This document shows, one piece after another, positions 9,345 through 19,322 of a DNA stretch of 64,000 nucleotides. The translations under genes were made by a program, and so were the position numbers. How positions within the stretch are numbered: the stretch's first letter is position 1; every line of letters begins with the position of its first letter. Where the stretch lies: contig CAYOER010000002.1 of assembly GCA_964403205.1 (NCBI GenBank), forward strand, positions 4,259 through 68,258, given 5' to 3'. Under the pieces are notes generated by a model, which was not told the origin of the DNA, made no database searches, and saw only the letters and a program-made list of their open reading frames with translations. This DNA comes from an uncultured Candidatus Saccharibacteria bacterium (lineage in GTDB: Bacteria > Patescibacteriota > Minisyncoccia > Phycocordibacterales > PALSA-1337).

Positions 9345-10589
9345 CTAGACAGACAAGAAAGAGTGTATCGAGATATTCTCCACCTCCCCATTCCTCCTAT
9401 TTTTTACCTCCACACTTGCCTTTTCTAGAGTTTTCTCACTTATCACCACTCTCTTTGGAATACCGATAAGATCACTGTCTGCAAATTTCTCTCCCGCCCT
9501 CATATCCCTATCATCATAGAGAACTTCTATACCTTTTTTAATTAAATTTTCATAGAGTTTATCTGCTTCTTTTTTTACTTTACCTTCTTTATCTTCTATT
9601 GATATTAGATGTATTGAAAAAGGTGAGATAGAGTCCGGCCAGACTAGACCCTTATCATCAGATAGCACTTCTGCAACTGTACCCATCACTCTTCCAGGAC
9701 CGATACCATAGCTTCCCATTATTACTGGTTTTTCTGTACCATTTTCATCTTTATAATTGAGTTCAAATGATTCTGAAAATCTAGTACCGAGAGAAAATAT
9801 ATTACCAACTTCTACTGCTTTCTTTTCTATTAAGTCTTCTTTATTTATCCCTAGATCTTTCAATACTTCATCATTCATCACTTCTTTATTTATTGCAATT
9901 TTCTTCTTTTCATCTATGAAAATACTATCTTCACCAGCATCTGTAATAGTCTGGAATTCATGGGAATATCTAGAAAAAGAACCACCAGAAGCAAATGTTA
10001 CAAAAGTCCTATCACCTATCCCTATTTTATTAAAAATATTTATATATGCTTGTTTTGCCTTCTCATAGAAATCTTCATGAGCCTTTTCATCTATAGAAAA
10101 AGAATAAAGATCCTTCATAAGAAATTCCCTTCCACGCATTATGCCACTTTTTGCCCTAGTTTCATTTCGAAATTTTGTTTGGAATTGATACACATATACA
10201 GGTAGATCACGGAAAGATCTTATATGATCCTTCATCATACTAGTCAATGGCTCTTCATGGGTAAATGCAAGTCCTAGCTCAGTATCATTCTTCAATTTTG
10301 TTTTGAACCAGTTATCCACTGCCTCATCACTCCATCTACCAGTAGTCTCCCATATTTTCTTATCTTGTAGAGCGGTGAGATATAGTTCTTGTCCACCAAT
10401 CTTATTCATTTCTTCACGGATAATTCCAATTATTTTATTCATAACACGCAGTCCTAGAGGAAGATAGGAATACACTCCTGCTATTTCTTTATGTATATAT
10501 CCAGCACGAATAAGTAATTCTGCATTCTTTGATACTTCATCCTTTGGTGCATCTTTTCTAGTTTTAGTGAAAAGTAATGACTGCTTCAT
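9345..10589 (-). CDS. proS: Prolyl-tRNA synthetase (short form without editing insertion)
   Basis: THEE, KFRNETRAKSGIMRGREFLMKDLYSF, MGSYGIG and anticodon-binding domain. Confidence 0.95.
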   Translation of the reverse strand: MKQSLLFTKTRKDAPKDEVSKNAELLIRAGYIHKEIAGVYSYLPLGLRVMNKIIGIIREEMNKIGGQELYLTALQDKKIWETTGRWSDEAVDNWFKTKLKNDTELGLAFTHEEPLTSMMKDHIRSFRDLPVYVYQFQTKFRNETRAKSGIMRGREFLMKDLYSFSIDEKAHEDFYEKAKQAYINIFNKIGIGDRTFVTFASGGSFSRYSHEFQTITDAGEDSIFIDEKKKIAINKEVMNDEVLKDLGINKEDLIEKKAVEVGNIFSLGTRFSESFELNYKDENGTEKPVIMGSYGIGPGRVMGTVAEVLSDDKGLVWPDSISPFSIHLISIEDKEGKVKKEADKLYENLIKKGIEVLYDDRDMRAGEKFADSDLIGIPKRVVISEKTLEKASVEVKNRRNGEVENISIHSFLSV

Positions 10590-10613
10590 GGTTTTATATT
10601 AGCTTAAAAATAA

Positions 10614-11687
10614 TTAATCTACAAATAATTTTGCAATGTCTTTATAAGTCACAACGATCATAAGTAATATGAGTAAACCGAATCCAATTGCATTAACAGT
10701 ATTTGCTATCACTGGTTTTATAGGTCTTCTTATTATTGATTCAATTATGACAAAGAAGATTCTTCCGCCATCAAGAGCTGGAAATGGTATGAAATTCAAT
10801 ACTCCTAGATTTATAGAAATAATAGCGGTAAACATAAGTAGATAAGTGAAGCCGAGCTTGGCCGCATCTCCTACAAGTCCTGCAATACCGATAGGTCCAG
10901 TAACAGCCGACATATTAGATGAGCCATCGAATATTCCATAGATCAAATCCCAAATACCAACAAAGGTTGCAGAGATAATATGAATAGTAAATCTAGCACT
11001 TTCATATATTGCTAGGTGAATTGGGAGTTTCAAAGTAGAAACATTATCCATCGCTATTCCTATTGCATATTTATCTTCTACTATTCCCTTTTCAGCTATT
11101 ATACTTTTCTCTATTTCTTCTCCATCTCTTCTGTACTTTATCTTTACTCCATTTTCTTTACTTGCATTTATATTATTCTGTATTTCCTCTACTGAGCTTG
11201 CTATGAGCTCATCTCCAGGCTTGAGCCCTGCCTTCTCTGCTGGAGAACTGGGATTGATAAATGTAATAGCAATATGACTATTTTCCATTCTATCTGTGTA
11301 TTGAGGATAACTATCCTTCGAAGCTAATACTCCTGATAGAAAAGCGATAGTGATGATAGCCCATGCAAAGATAAAGTTGAAAAGCACACCAGCACCGAGT
11401 ACAGCTATCTGTTCTAATTTACTTTTATTAACAAAGCTTCTAGCACTATCTGGACCGCTTATACTTTCTTCATCTGGATTTTCTCCGAATATTTTCACAT
11501 AACCACCAAAAGGTATAAGATTCAAAGAATATATTGTAGCTCCTACTTTTTTTGAAAATATTTTCGGCCCGAATCCCAGAGCAAATTCATCTACTCTTAT
11601 TCCACACCATCTAGCGAATAGGAAATGCCCAAGTTCATGGACGAAAATCAGTATTGCTAGAACTATGATAAAGATTATTACAGTCAC
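10614..11687 (-). CDS. rseP: RIP metalloprotease RseP (M50 family, PDZ)
   Basis: HELGH, NFIPFPALDGG and a PDZ segment. Confidence 0.93.
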   Translation of the reverse strand: MTVIIFIIVLAILIFVHELGHFLFARWCGIRVDEFALGFGPKIFSKKVGATIYSLNLIPFGGYVKIFGENPDEESISGPDSARSFVNKSKLEQIAVLGAGVLFNFIFAWAIITIAFLSGVLASKDSYPQYTDRMENSHIAITFINPSSPAEKAGLKPGDELIASSVEEIQNNINASKENGVKIKYRRDGEEIEKSIIAEKGIVEDKYAIGIAMDNVSTLKLPIHLAIYESARFTIHIISATFVGIWDLIYGIFDGSSNMSAVTGPIGIAGLVGDAAKLGFTYLLMFTAIISINLGVLNFIPFPALDGGRIFFVIIESIIRRPIKPVIANTVNAIGFGLLILLMIVVTYKDIAKLFVD

Positions 11688-11702
11688 GATTTTATTCTCT
11701 AA

Positions 11703-12254
11703 TTATGCCATTATTTCCTTTTCTTTCTTTGAATAAAGCTCATCTAGCTTTTTATTGCTTTCATCTACCATCTTTTGTGTTTCATTTTTATATCGGAATA
11801 CATCGTCTTTACCGAGATCACCATTCTTTTCTTTTGATTGTAGATCTTTCATTATTTCATCTCTATGATTCCTTATTTGCTTTTTACCCTCTTCTAATTT
11901 CTCTTTTGCTATCTTTGTTATCTGTACTCTACGCTCAGCTGTAAGCTCGGGGAAATTCACCCTGAGACCCTTATCATCTGTAGAAACAGAAACACCGAGA
12001 TTTGCAAGTGTTATTGCCTTTTCAATCTCTTTAGTCTGTGATGCATCCCAAGGAACGATGCGTAATGTTCTAGGACCTTCGGAATTTACACTACCGATCT
12101 GTGAAAGTGGTGACAATGCACCATATGACTCTACCTTTACACTATCTAGAAGCGTAGGGCTAGCTTGACCAGTCCTAATATTACCGAATTCTTTTTTTAT
12201 CCATTCTTCAGCGCTTATTAATGATTTTTTGAATTTATTGAAATCGTATGACAT
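11703..12254 (-). CDS. frr: Ribosome recycling factor
   Basis: IRTGQASPTLLD...PELTAERR...IRNHR. Confidence 0.95.
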   Translation of the reverse strand: MSYDFNKFKKSLISAEEWIKKEFGNIRTGQASPTLLDSVKVESYGALSPLSQIGSVNSEGPRTLRIVPWDASQTKEIEKAITLANLGVSVSTDDKGLRVNFPELTAERRVQITKIAKEKLEEGKKQIRNHRDEIMKDLQSKEKNGDLGKDDVFRYKNETQKMVDESNKKLDELYSKKEKEIMA

Positions 12255-12720
12255 ATGGGTATTATAACATATTGATAGAGAATAGGGTAAATATTATATA
12301 AATTTGGAAATAAAAAAGCACCCAAGACTTGTCCGGCGTAGAACGAACGCGGAGGTCTATGGGTGCTAAAAGAACTTTTTCTCCATAAGCCCATCAACTA
12401 GGTTTTCAGCATCATCCATTTTCAGGCGTGCCTATTACTTTTTGATGTGGAGAAAGGATAATTCCTTCTTAATTCTTTCTTTCAGGATTACCCTGTCCTG
12501 TGAGGGACTGGCTGGCTGTTACTAAACTAGCCAAGTTGTTGTGGGAAGGACCGCGACGGCGATCAGGCGGTTTGAATGGAGTTGATGGTGAGGGCATTCA
12601 TAGGCAAGTTGCCGATTGATTTGCGCCATTGATGTTTTCTCGTCATCTACTCCCTCGGTATCGGGGACTCGCTCGTTCAATGAACAAGATAGATGATCTA
12701 GTGGATATATTATTCCTACC

Positions 12721-13398
12721 CTAAGAAATAGTCAATACCACATATTCTAATAACTGCTTTATCGATGGCGACCTATCTCCCATATAATCTTTTGCTTTCA
12801 ATATTGCCTTCAAAGCTTTTGTATTTTTCAATCCTTCTTTTTTATATAGATAAACTTCAAGAGCTGTGAGGAAGCTCTGAGCATCTGCCTTTACTGCTTT
12901 TTCATCACTTATATTCTTTGCTATATCATCTACATAATCAATTCTATCTTTCTTATTCATCTTCATAAATCTTTCTATTTCTTTTTCTGGAAAATTATTA
13001 TTTTCTTCATTGTGTTTTATTATAGAAAGTCTAGAACGTAGAGTGGGTAAAAGTATTTCTATAGATGGCATAATAAGGAAGAAGTGACTGTCTTCATTTG
13101 GTTCCTCAAATATTTTCAAAAGTGAATTCTGTGCTTCATGTGTTATACCAGAACATTCTATTATAAATATCCTTTTATTTCCCTCTTTAAAACTCTTTGA
13201 TAAATGATTCTCTTTTATTTTCCTACTTTCATCTATTCCTAATACTTCAAATCTTTCATAATAAAAATCAGGGTTTTGTTTATGCGAAATACCAAATTTA
13301 CTTTTCAGAAAGTCCTTCAAATGCAAAAAAGTATCTTTGAAAGAATGGATGAAATAAGCGTGATGATCGAGGGATTTTAGGTTTTTGAGGGGTGACAT
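12721..13398 (-). CDS. holB: DNA polymerase III delta' subunit-like protein
   Basis: HHAYF, EAQNSLLKIFEEP, LLPTLRSR. Confidence 0.8.
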   Translation of the reverse strand: MSPLKNLKSLDHHAYFIHSFKDTFLHLKDFLKSKFGISHKQNPDFYYERFEVLGIDESRKIKENHLSKSFKEGNKRIFIIECSGITHEAQNSLLKIFEEPNEDSHFFLIMPSIEILLPTLRSRLSIIKHNEENNNFPEKEIERFMKMNKKDRIDYVDDIAKNISDEKAVKADAQSFLTALEVYLYKKEGLKNTKALKAILKAKDYMGDRSPSIKQLLEYVVLTIS

Positions 13399-13704
13399 TA
13401 TATTAAAATTTGACTTTTTAACCTAACGAATATATACTAAATCAATCGTTCGGAACCGTCGCGTTTCGCGGCGGTTTCTTTATTATATTCTAATAATATG
13501 CTTGAAAAATTATATAAGCAATATGGACTAGTTATTAACTATAGTATATATTTATAATATCTTGTCAAAGGGAATTTCCAACCGATGGTATTTCTGAACA
13601 AAAGGTCGCGAAAGCGGCTTTTTGTTTTATATAATAAAAAAAACCTACTCGTAGAGACTAAATCTCTCAAGAGTAGGCTTCAGACAATTCTACTAGAATT
13701 GGAA

Positions 13705-14775
13705 TTATCTGCGATGCAACTTAATCAAAAAACCGCCAAACAAAACATAAACCAATGAACTTATTAACACAGAAGGTTCTGGTACTCCTCCCACAGGTGA
13801 ATTATCAGAAGCCATTATTATGGTAAACGGATTTATACTTCCCGTGGTTAACAAAAAAGCATGCTCTTCTCCTGCAGGATTGTTGCCCCATCCAACGATT
13901 TCTCCATTATTGTTAATAGCATTCGCCTCACGTAAAATCCAACCAGAATCTGAATCAATAAGCGTATTGAGATCGAGCATAGAGCCATCTTGATAAATCA
14001 TAGCTTTATGGTCACCATTAAAACCTACAATCTGGCCATAAGTATTAATTGCTCTAGCTGAACCTAAACCGAGATCAATCATGGAGTTATTCTGATAGAG
14101 AAAAGCATATCCATCTGACCAACCTACAATTTGGCCAGTATTATTGATTCCAAAAGCATAGCTTTTCCCACCAGATATCGTACCAAGATAACTTATATTC
14201 CCAGCAGAATATAGAAAGGCACGTTCATTCCGATCAAAACCAACAACTTGTCGAGAATCATTAATACCTAGACCAGTCCCACCAGTACCAAGATTTATTT
14301 GATTTCCATTTGACCATAGAAAAGAACTGGCACTGCTTACATAATAACCAGTTATATCTCCTGAAGAATTTATACCCCAAGCACCACTATGACGACTAGT
14401 AAGATCAGTCATGCTACCATTCTGATATATGAAAGCATAGTTTCCACCTTGACCACCAGAGCTCTGTGCATATCCAGCCACTTGACCGATCTGATTAATG
14501 GCATAAGCAGCAGAGAATAGTCGTGCAGAAGCAGATCCGAAAACTCCTAAATCTCGGAATGTATCATTCGAATAGAGAAATGAATGCTCTACTCCAGATG
14601 GTAATGTTGCGTAACCTACGATTTGCCTATTGTCATTAATACCATAAGCTGAACTCCTAGTACCACCAAAAGTTCCAAGATCATGGACATTGTAATGTCC
14701 AATAGTCATTTGTGCCTGTACATACACAGAGCATAGTAATAGGAAACTGACACTGACAATCGGTAGTCTTTTCAT
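13705..14775 (-). CDS. HAF-repeat secreted protein with PEP-CTERM-like tail
   Basis: Repeats of DLGTFGG..S.AYGIN..GQIVG..HAFL; C-terminal VPEPS + TM + HRR. Confidence 0.85.
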   Translation of the reverse strand: MKRLPIVSVSFLLLCSVYVQAQMTIGHYNVHDLGTFGGTRSSAYGINDNRQIVGYATLPSGVEHSFLYSNDTFRDLGVFGSASARLFSAAYAINQIGQVAGYAQSSGGQGGNYAFIYQNGSMTDLTSRHSGAWGINSSGDITGYYVSSASSFLWSNGNQINLGTGGTGLGINDSRQVVGFDRNERAFLYSAGNISYLGTISGGKSYAFGINNTGQIVGWSDGYAFLYQNNSMIDLGLGSARAINTYGQIVGFNGDHKAMIYQDGSMLDLNTLIDSDSGWILREANAINNNGEIVGWGNNPAGEEHAFLLTTGSINPFTIIMASDNSPVGGVPEPSVLISSLVYVLFGGFLIKLHRR

Positions 14776-14883
14776 AACTTCTCAAGTCAATATTTTTGCT
14801 CGAATTACGTCGAGATTCGTAGATTTGAAAAGATCAAGTCTAAACAAAGACTACCACATGAATATATGTATGTCTACAGATTT

Positions 14884-15897
14884 CTATCTCTTCGCTATTA
14901 TGCTTTTCTTATAAGTATCTAGATGTTCTAGAGCGATACCTGTACCCTTCACCACACAGAAAAGTGCATCATCTGCGAGTCTTGCCTTCACACCTATTCT
15001 TCTGAATACTAATTCTGGGAAATTACGTAATATAGAGCTACCACCAGTCATAATAATTCCATAATCTATGATATCAGAAGCCAGTTCTGGCGGAGTTTCC
15101 TGCAATACATCTTTCATTGCTTTTATCATTGTATGAAGTTCTTTATTTATTGCTTTTACTACTTCATTTGTCTTCAATTCTGTCGATCTAGGAAGACCCG
15201 TGATAAAGTCCCTACCCTTTACCATCATAGATAACTCTTGTTCAAGTGGTATAGCTGAACCAATATTTATTTTTATATCTTCTGCGGTTTTATCTCCTAT
15301 AGCGAGATTGAAAGTTTTCTTTATATAATCAGCAATAGCATAGTCAACTTTATTCCCTGCACACTTTACAGATGTAGAAGCTACGATACCACCGAGGGAT
15401 ATCACTGCTACATCTGTAGTGCCTCCGCCTATATCTACTACCATATGCCCACGCGCCTCATGTATCGGTATTCCAGCACCGATAGCTGCGAGTATCGGCT
15501 CTTTCACTACATAGGCATTCCTGGCTCCAGCACGTATAGTCGCCTCTATGACAGCACGTCTCTCTGTAGATGTGATACCAGCAGGAACAGAAACCATGAC
15601 TTCAGGTTTGAAAATATTCCATTTTGGTAAAGCTTTATCTATGAAGTATCGTAGCATGGCCTCGGTCACCCTATAGTCTGCTATGACTCCATCCTTCATC
15701 GGTTTATAAGCGATGATACTATCAGGAGTTCGGCCGATCATTTCTTTTGCTTCATTACCAACTGCTAATATTCTTTTATCTTGTTCTCTCACTGCGACTA
15801 CAGATGGTTCATTCAATACTATGCCTTTCCTTGGTATGAAGACGAGAGTATTCGCCGTACCGAGATCTATTCCGATTTTCTGATTAAATAATGACAT
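14884..15897 (-). CDS. mreB: Second MreB/Mbl paralogue
   Basis: GIDLGTANT, EPSVVA, VDIGGGTTD. Confidence 0.93.
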   Translation of the reverse strand: MSLFNQKIGIDLGTANTLVFIPRKGIVLNEPSVVAVREQDKRILAVGNEAKEMIGRTPDSIIAYKPMKDGVIADYRVTEAMLRYFIDKALPKWNIFKPEVMVSVPAGITSTERRAVIEATIRAGARNAYVVKEPILAAIGAGIPIHEARGHMVVDIGGGTTDVAVISLGGIVASTSVKCAGNKVDYAIADYIKKTFNLAIGDKTAEDIKINIGSAIPLEQELSMMVKGRDFITGLPRSTELKTNEVVKAINKELHTMIKAMKDVLQETPPELASDIIDYGIIMTGGSSILRNFPELVFRRIGVKARLADDALFCVVKGTGIALEHLDTYKKSIIAKR

Positions 15898-15974
15898 ATA
15901 GTTGAATAATATTCTTATTTTGACCTTTTTGCAATTTCCTATATTTTCTAGATTATATATGATATAAATAGATT

Positions 15975-17336
15975 ATGAAAAAGACTGTAAAAGTGCTAAA
16001 AAGTGCTAAAAAAGAGCTAAAATCACCGAATTTCCGTATAGAAGGAGGAAAAAGACTTTCTGGCGAAATAATAGTAAGAACTTCAAAGAATGGCGCCTTA
16101 GGTGTGATGTGTGCTTCTCTAATAAATAAAAATATAACGACTATAAAAAATGTACCGAAAATAGAAGAGGTTTTTCGCATTGCAGAAATATTAGAAAGTA
16201 TAGGAGTAAAAATAGAATGGAGTAGAAATGATATGATTATCACTCCACCAAAAAAAATATTAATAGAAAAAATAAATGAACAAGTAGCAGATCAAATGAA
16301 TAAAACTAGAGGAGGTATTATGTTTATCGGTCCTCTTATTCATAAATTTAATAATTTCAAAATACCACAACCAGCAGGATGTAAACTCGGCTCTAGAACT
16401 GTCAAACCATATTTTTATGCTTTAGATAAAATGGGTATAAAGATAGAAACCGAAAGTGATTGTTATAAAGTCAGTCATAAAGGATTGAATGCTTCTGAAA
16501 TAATACTCTATGAAGCTGGTGATACAGTAACAGAAACTGTACTTATGGTAGCAGCAGGGATAGATGGAAAAACTGTAATAAAATTTGCATCTGCCAATTA
16601 TCAAGTACAAGATGTATGCTACTATCTACAACTCCTAGGAATAAAGATAGAAGGTATAGGTACATCTACACTCACAGTTTATGGAAAAAAAGAAATAGAT
16701 ATTCCAGTAGAATACGCTCTTTCCGAAGATCCTATAGAAGCAATGTCACTTATCGCTACAGCAATAGTCACTAGATCTTCTATAACTATAAAGAGATGTT
16801 CTATTGATTTTCTAGAATTAGAATTATTGAAATTAGAGAAAATGGGATTCAGATATGAAATATTGAAAGAGTATAAAGCATTAAATGGTAAGACGAATCT
16901 AGTAGATATAAAGACTTACCCTAGCAATCTCATAGCTCTAGAAGAGAAGATACATGCTCTACCATATCCAGGAATAAATATGGACAATCTCCCCTTCTTT
17001 GCCATTATCGGAGCTGTAGCAGAAGGACAGACCTTCATACATGATTGGGTCTATGAAGAGAGAGCAATATATTATAAAGAATTGGATAAACTCGGTACAG
17101 ATACAATACTTGCAGATCCATATCGTTTCTATATAAAGGGTCCTACGAAATTCCGCGCAAATGAAATAGTATGCCCCCCTGCCCTACGACCGGCTATGAT
17201 TATTATGATCGCTATGCTCGCTTGTCCTGGTGTATCAATACTCAGAGGTGTATACAATATAAATAGAGGTTATGAGGATCTAGCAGAGAGACTGAATAAA
17301 CTCGGTGCAAAAATAGAGACTTTTAGCGATAAATAA
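15975..17336 (+). CDS. murA: UDP-N-acetylglucosamine 1-carboxyvinyltransferase
   Basis: SKNG, PAGCKLGSR catalytic Cys loop, PYPG, RGYEDL. Confidence 0.92.
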   Translation: MKKTVKVLKSAKKELKSPNFRIEGGKRLSGEIIVRTSKNGALGVMCASLINKNITTIKNVPKIEEVFRIAEILESIGVKIEWSRNDMIITPPKKILIEKINEQVADQMNKTRGGIMFIGPLIHKFNNFKIPQPAGCKLGSRTVKPYFYALDKMGIKIETESDCYKVSHKGLNASEIILYEAGDTVTETVLMVAAGIDGKTVIKFASANYQVQDVCYYLQLLGIKIEGIGTSTLTVYGKKEIDIPVEYALSEDPIEAMSLIATAIVTRSSITIKRCSIDFLELELLKLEKMGFRYEILKEYKALNGKTNLVDIKTYPSNLIALEEKIHALPYPGINMDNLPFFAIIGAVAEGQTFIHDWVYEERAIYYKELDKLGTDTILADPYRFYIKGPTKFRANEIVCPPALRPAMIIMIAMLACPGVSILRGVYNINRGYEDLAERLNKLGAKIETFSDK

Positions 17337-17351
17337 TATTATATTAAAGAT

Positions 17352-19295
17352 ATGTTTATTATTGAAACAATTCCTATCGCAAAGACTATCGGAATAAAGA
17401 GTTTATCCTACTTTACTGATCAGGAAGTTTCTATCGGTGCAATAGTAGATATTCCACTCAGGAATAAAATAGTAAAAGGTATTGTTATATCTATAAAGCC
17501 TGCCATAGATATGAAAAGTGAAATAAAGAAAAGCTCTTTTGCTTTGAAAAAATTAGGAAAAATAAAAGCTATGAATTTCTTTTCCAATAGTTTCATGGAA
17601 ACTGTGGCATATATAGCAGATTATTATGCTAGCAATATCGGTAGTGTGATGAATACTATTGTTCCAGATTATATTCTAAAAAATATTGAAAAATTAAAAA
17701 TAAATAAAAAAGTTGAAAAGATAAATCCAAATCTAATAGAAGAAAAAGAAAAAAAAGAAAAATATGCTATACAAGGTGATGAAGAAGAAAGGTATGGTAA
17801 TTGGAAAAGTCTAATACGTCAGGAATTCGCAAGGAGAAAAAGTATTTTCTTCCTATTCCCTACTATAGAAGAGGCTGAATACGCCTTTAGCATATTGGAG
17901 AAAGGTATAGAAGGATACGCATTTCTTCTACATGGATCACTCGGAGACAAGAAAATAGTAGAGACGTGGAATGATATTATGCGGGACAAGCATCCTATCA
18001 TAGTCATCGCTACTGGAGCTTTCCTATCTATACCTAGAGAAGATATAGAAAGTATAGTTATAGAAAGAGAAAGTAATAGAGTATATAGGGGTATCGGTAG
18101 ACCATATATGGATATTAGACACTTTGCAGAAATCCTAGCAGAGAAAAGAGGCATAAAAGTATTTTTCTCTGATAATTTCCTAAGATTAGAAACTCTTAAT
18201 AGAAAAAATAAAGGAGAAATAATAGAAGGTACACTTTTCAAATGGAGATCGCTAAGTACTGGAAAAGACACTCTTGTGGATATGCGTCAATATATAGTAA
18301 AGAAATCAGAAGAAACAGGCCAAGAAATATCTAGTTTCAAAATAATTTCCCCAGAAGTAGAAGCTCTTATCAGACGAACAAAAGATAAAAGTGAAAGAAT
18401 GATAATATTCGGATTGAGGAAAGGTCTAGCACCATCTACAGTCTGTGCCGATTGTCAGAATATAGTATTATGCAATAAATGTAGCTTACCAGTAGTAATA
18501 CATAAAGTAAAAAATGAAAAAGGAGAAGAAAAAAATGTATTCATGTGTCATAGATGTGGTGAGAGAAGATCTACAGAAGAGTATTGCAAGATCTGTGGGA
18601 GCTGGAGACTAGCGACATTTGGTATCGGCATAGATCTAATAGAAGAAAAAATAAAAGATAAATTCAAAGATATAGAAATATTTCGTATAGATGGAGAGAA
18701 TACACCAAATGATAAAAGTATAAAATCAATAATACAGAAGTATCGCAATAAACCAGGCAGTATACTACTCGGTGGAGAGATGATGCTTCAATATATGCAT
18801 GATAAAGTAGAAAATACAGCAATTATTTCTCTTGATTCCCTTTTCTCTATTCCAGATTTCCGTATTCAAGAAAAGATATTGCAAATATTGATAAAGTTAC
18901 GCTCGCTCACTAGTAGAGATTTCATAATACAAACTAGAAAAAGTGATGAGAAAGTATTCGAGTATGGTCTGAAAGGTAATACAAATGATTTCTACAAAGA
19001 CACTATAATAGAAAGAGAGAAATTCCATTATCCACCTTTTACTACTCTTATAAAGCTAACATTAGAAGGTAATAAAGATAATATAGTAAAAGAAATGGAA
19101 ATAGCACAGAATATTCTAGATCCTTATGAAGTAGAAGTATTCCCTGCTTTTACACATACAGTAAAGGGTAAATATGTTCTACATGGACTCATAAGACTGC
19201 AGAATAATAAATGGATAGATAGAGCTCTATTAGAGAAGTTGAATTCCCTTTCGCCTATAGTATCTATAAGAGTAGATCCTGAACATTTGCTATAA
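17352..19295 (+). CDS. priA: Primosomal protein N' (PriA) with degenerate helicase motifs
   Basis: 3'-binding N-domain, four CxxC pairs, GIGIDLIEE, PDFR, QT, YPPF. Confidence 0.85.
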   Translation: MFIIETIPIAKTIGIKSLSYFTDQEVSIGAIVDIPLRNKIVKGIVISIKPAIDMKSEIKKSSFALKKLGKIKAMNFFSNSFMETVAYIADYYASNIGSVMNTIVPDYILKNIEKLKINKKVEKINPNLIEEKEKKEKYAIQGDEEERYGNWKSLIRQEFARRKSIFFLFPTIEEAEYAFSILEKGIEGYAFLLHGSLGDKKIVETWNDIMRDKHPIIVIATGAFLSIPREDIESIVIERESNRVYRGIGRPYMDIRHFAEILAEKRGIKVFFSDNFLRLETLNRKNKGEIIEGTLFKWRSLSTGKDTLVDMRQYIVKKSEETGQEISSFKIISPEVEALIRRTKDKSERMIIFGLRKGLAPSTVCADCQNIVLCNKCSLPVVIHKVKNEKGEEKNVFMCHRCGERRSTEEYCKICGSWRLATFGIGIDLIEEKIKDKFKDIEIFRIDGENTPNDKSIKSIIQKYRNKPGSILLGGEMMLQYMHDKVENTAIISLDSLFSIPDFRIQEKILQILIKLRSLTSRDFIIQTRKSDEKVFEYGLKGNTNDFYKDTIIEREKFHYPPFTTLIKLTLEGNKDNIVKEMEIAQNILDPYEVEVFPAFTHTVKGKYVLHGLIRLQNNKWIDRALLEKLNSLSPIVSIRVDPEHLL

Positions 19296-19322
19296 AATCA
19301 TCTAATAAGTTATAGTATATAT

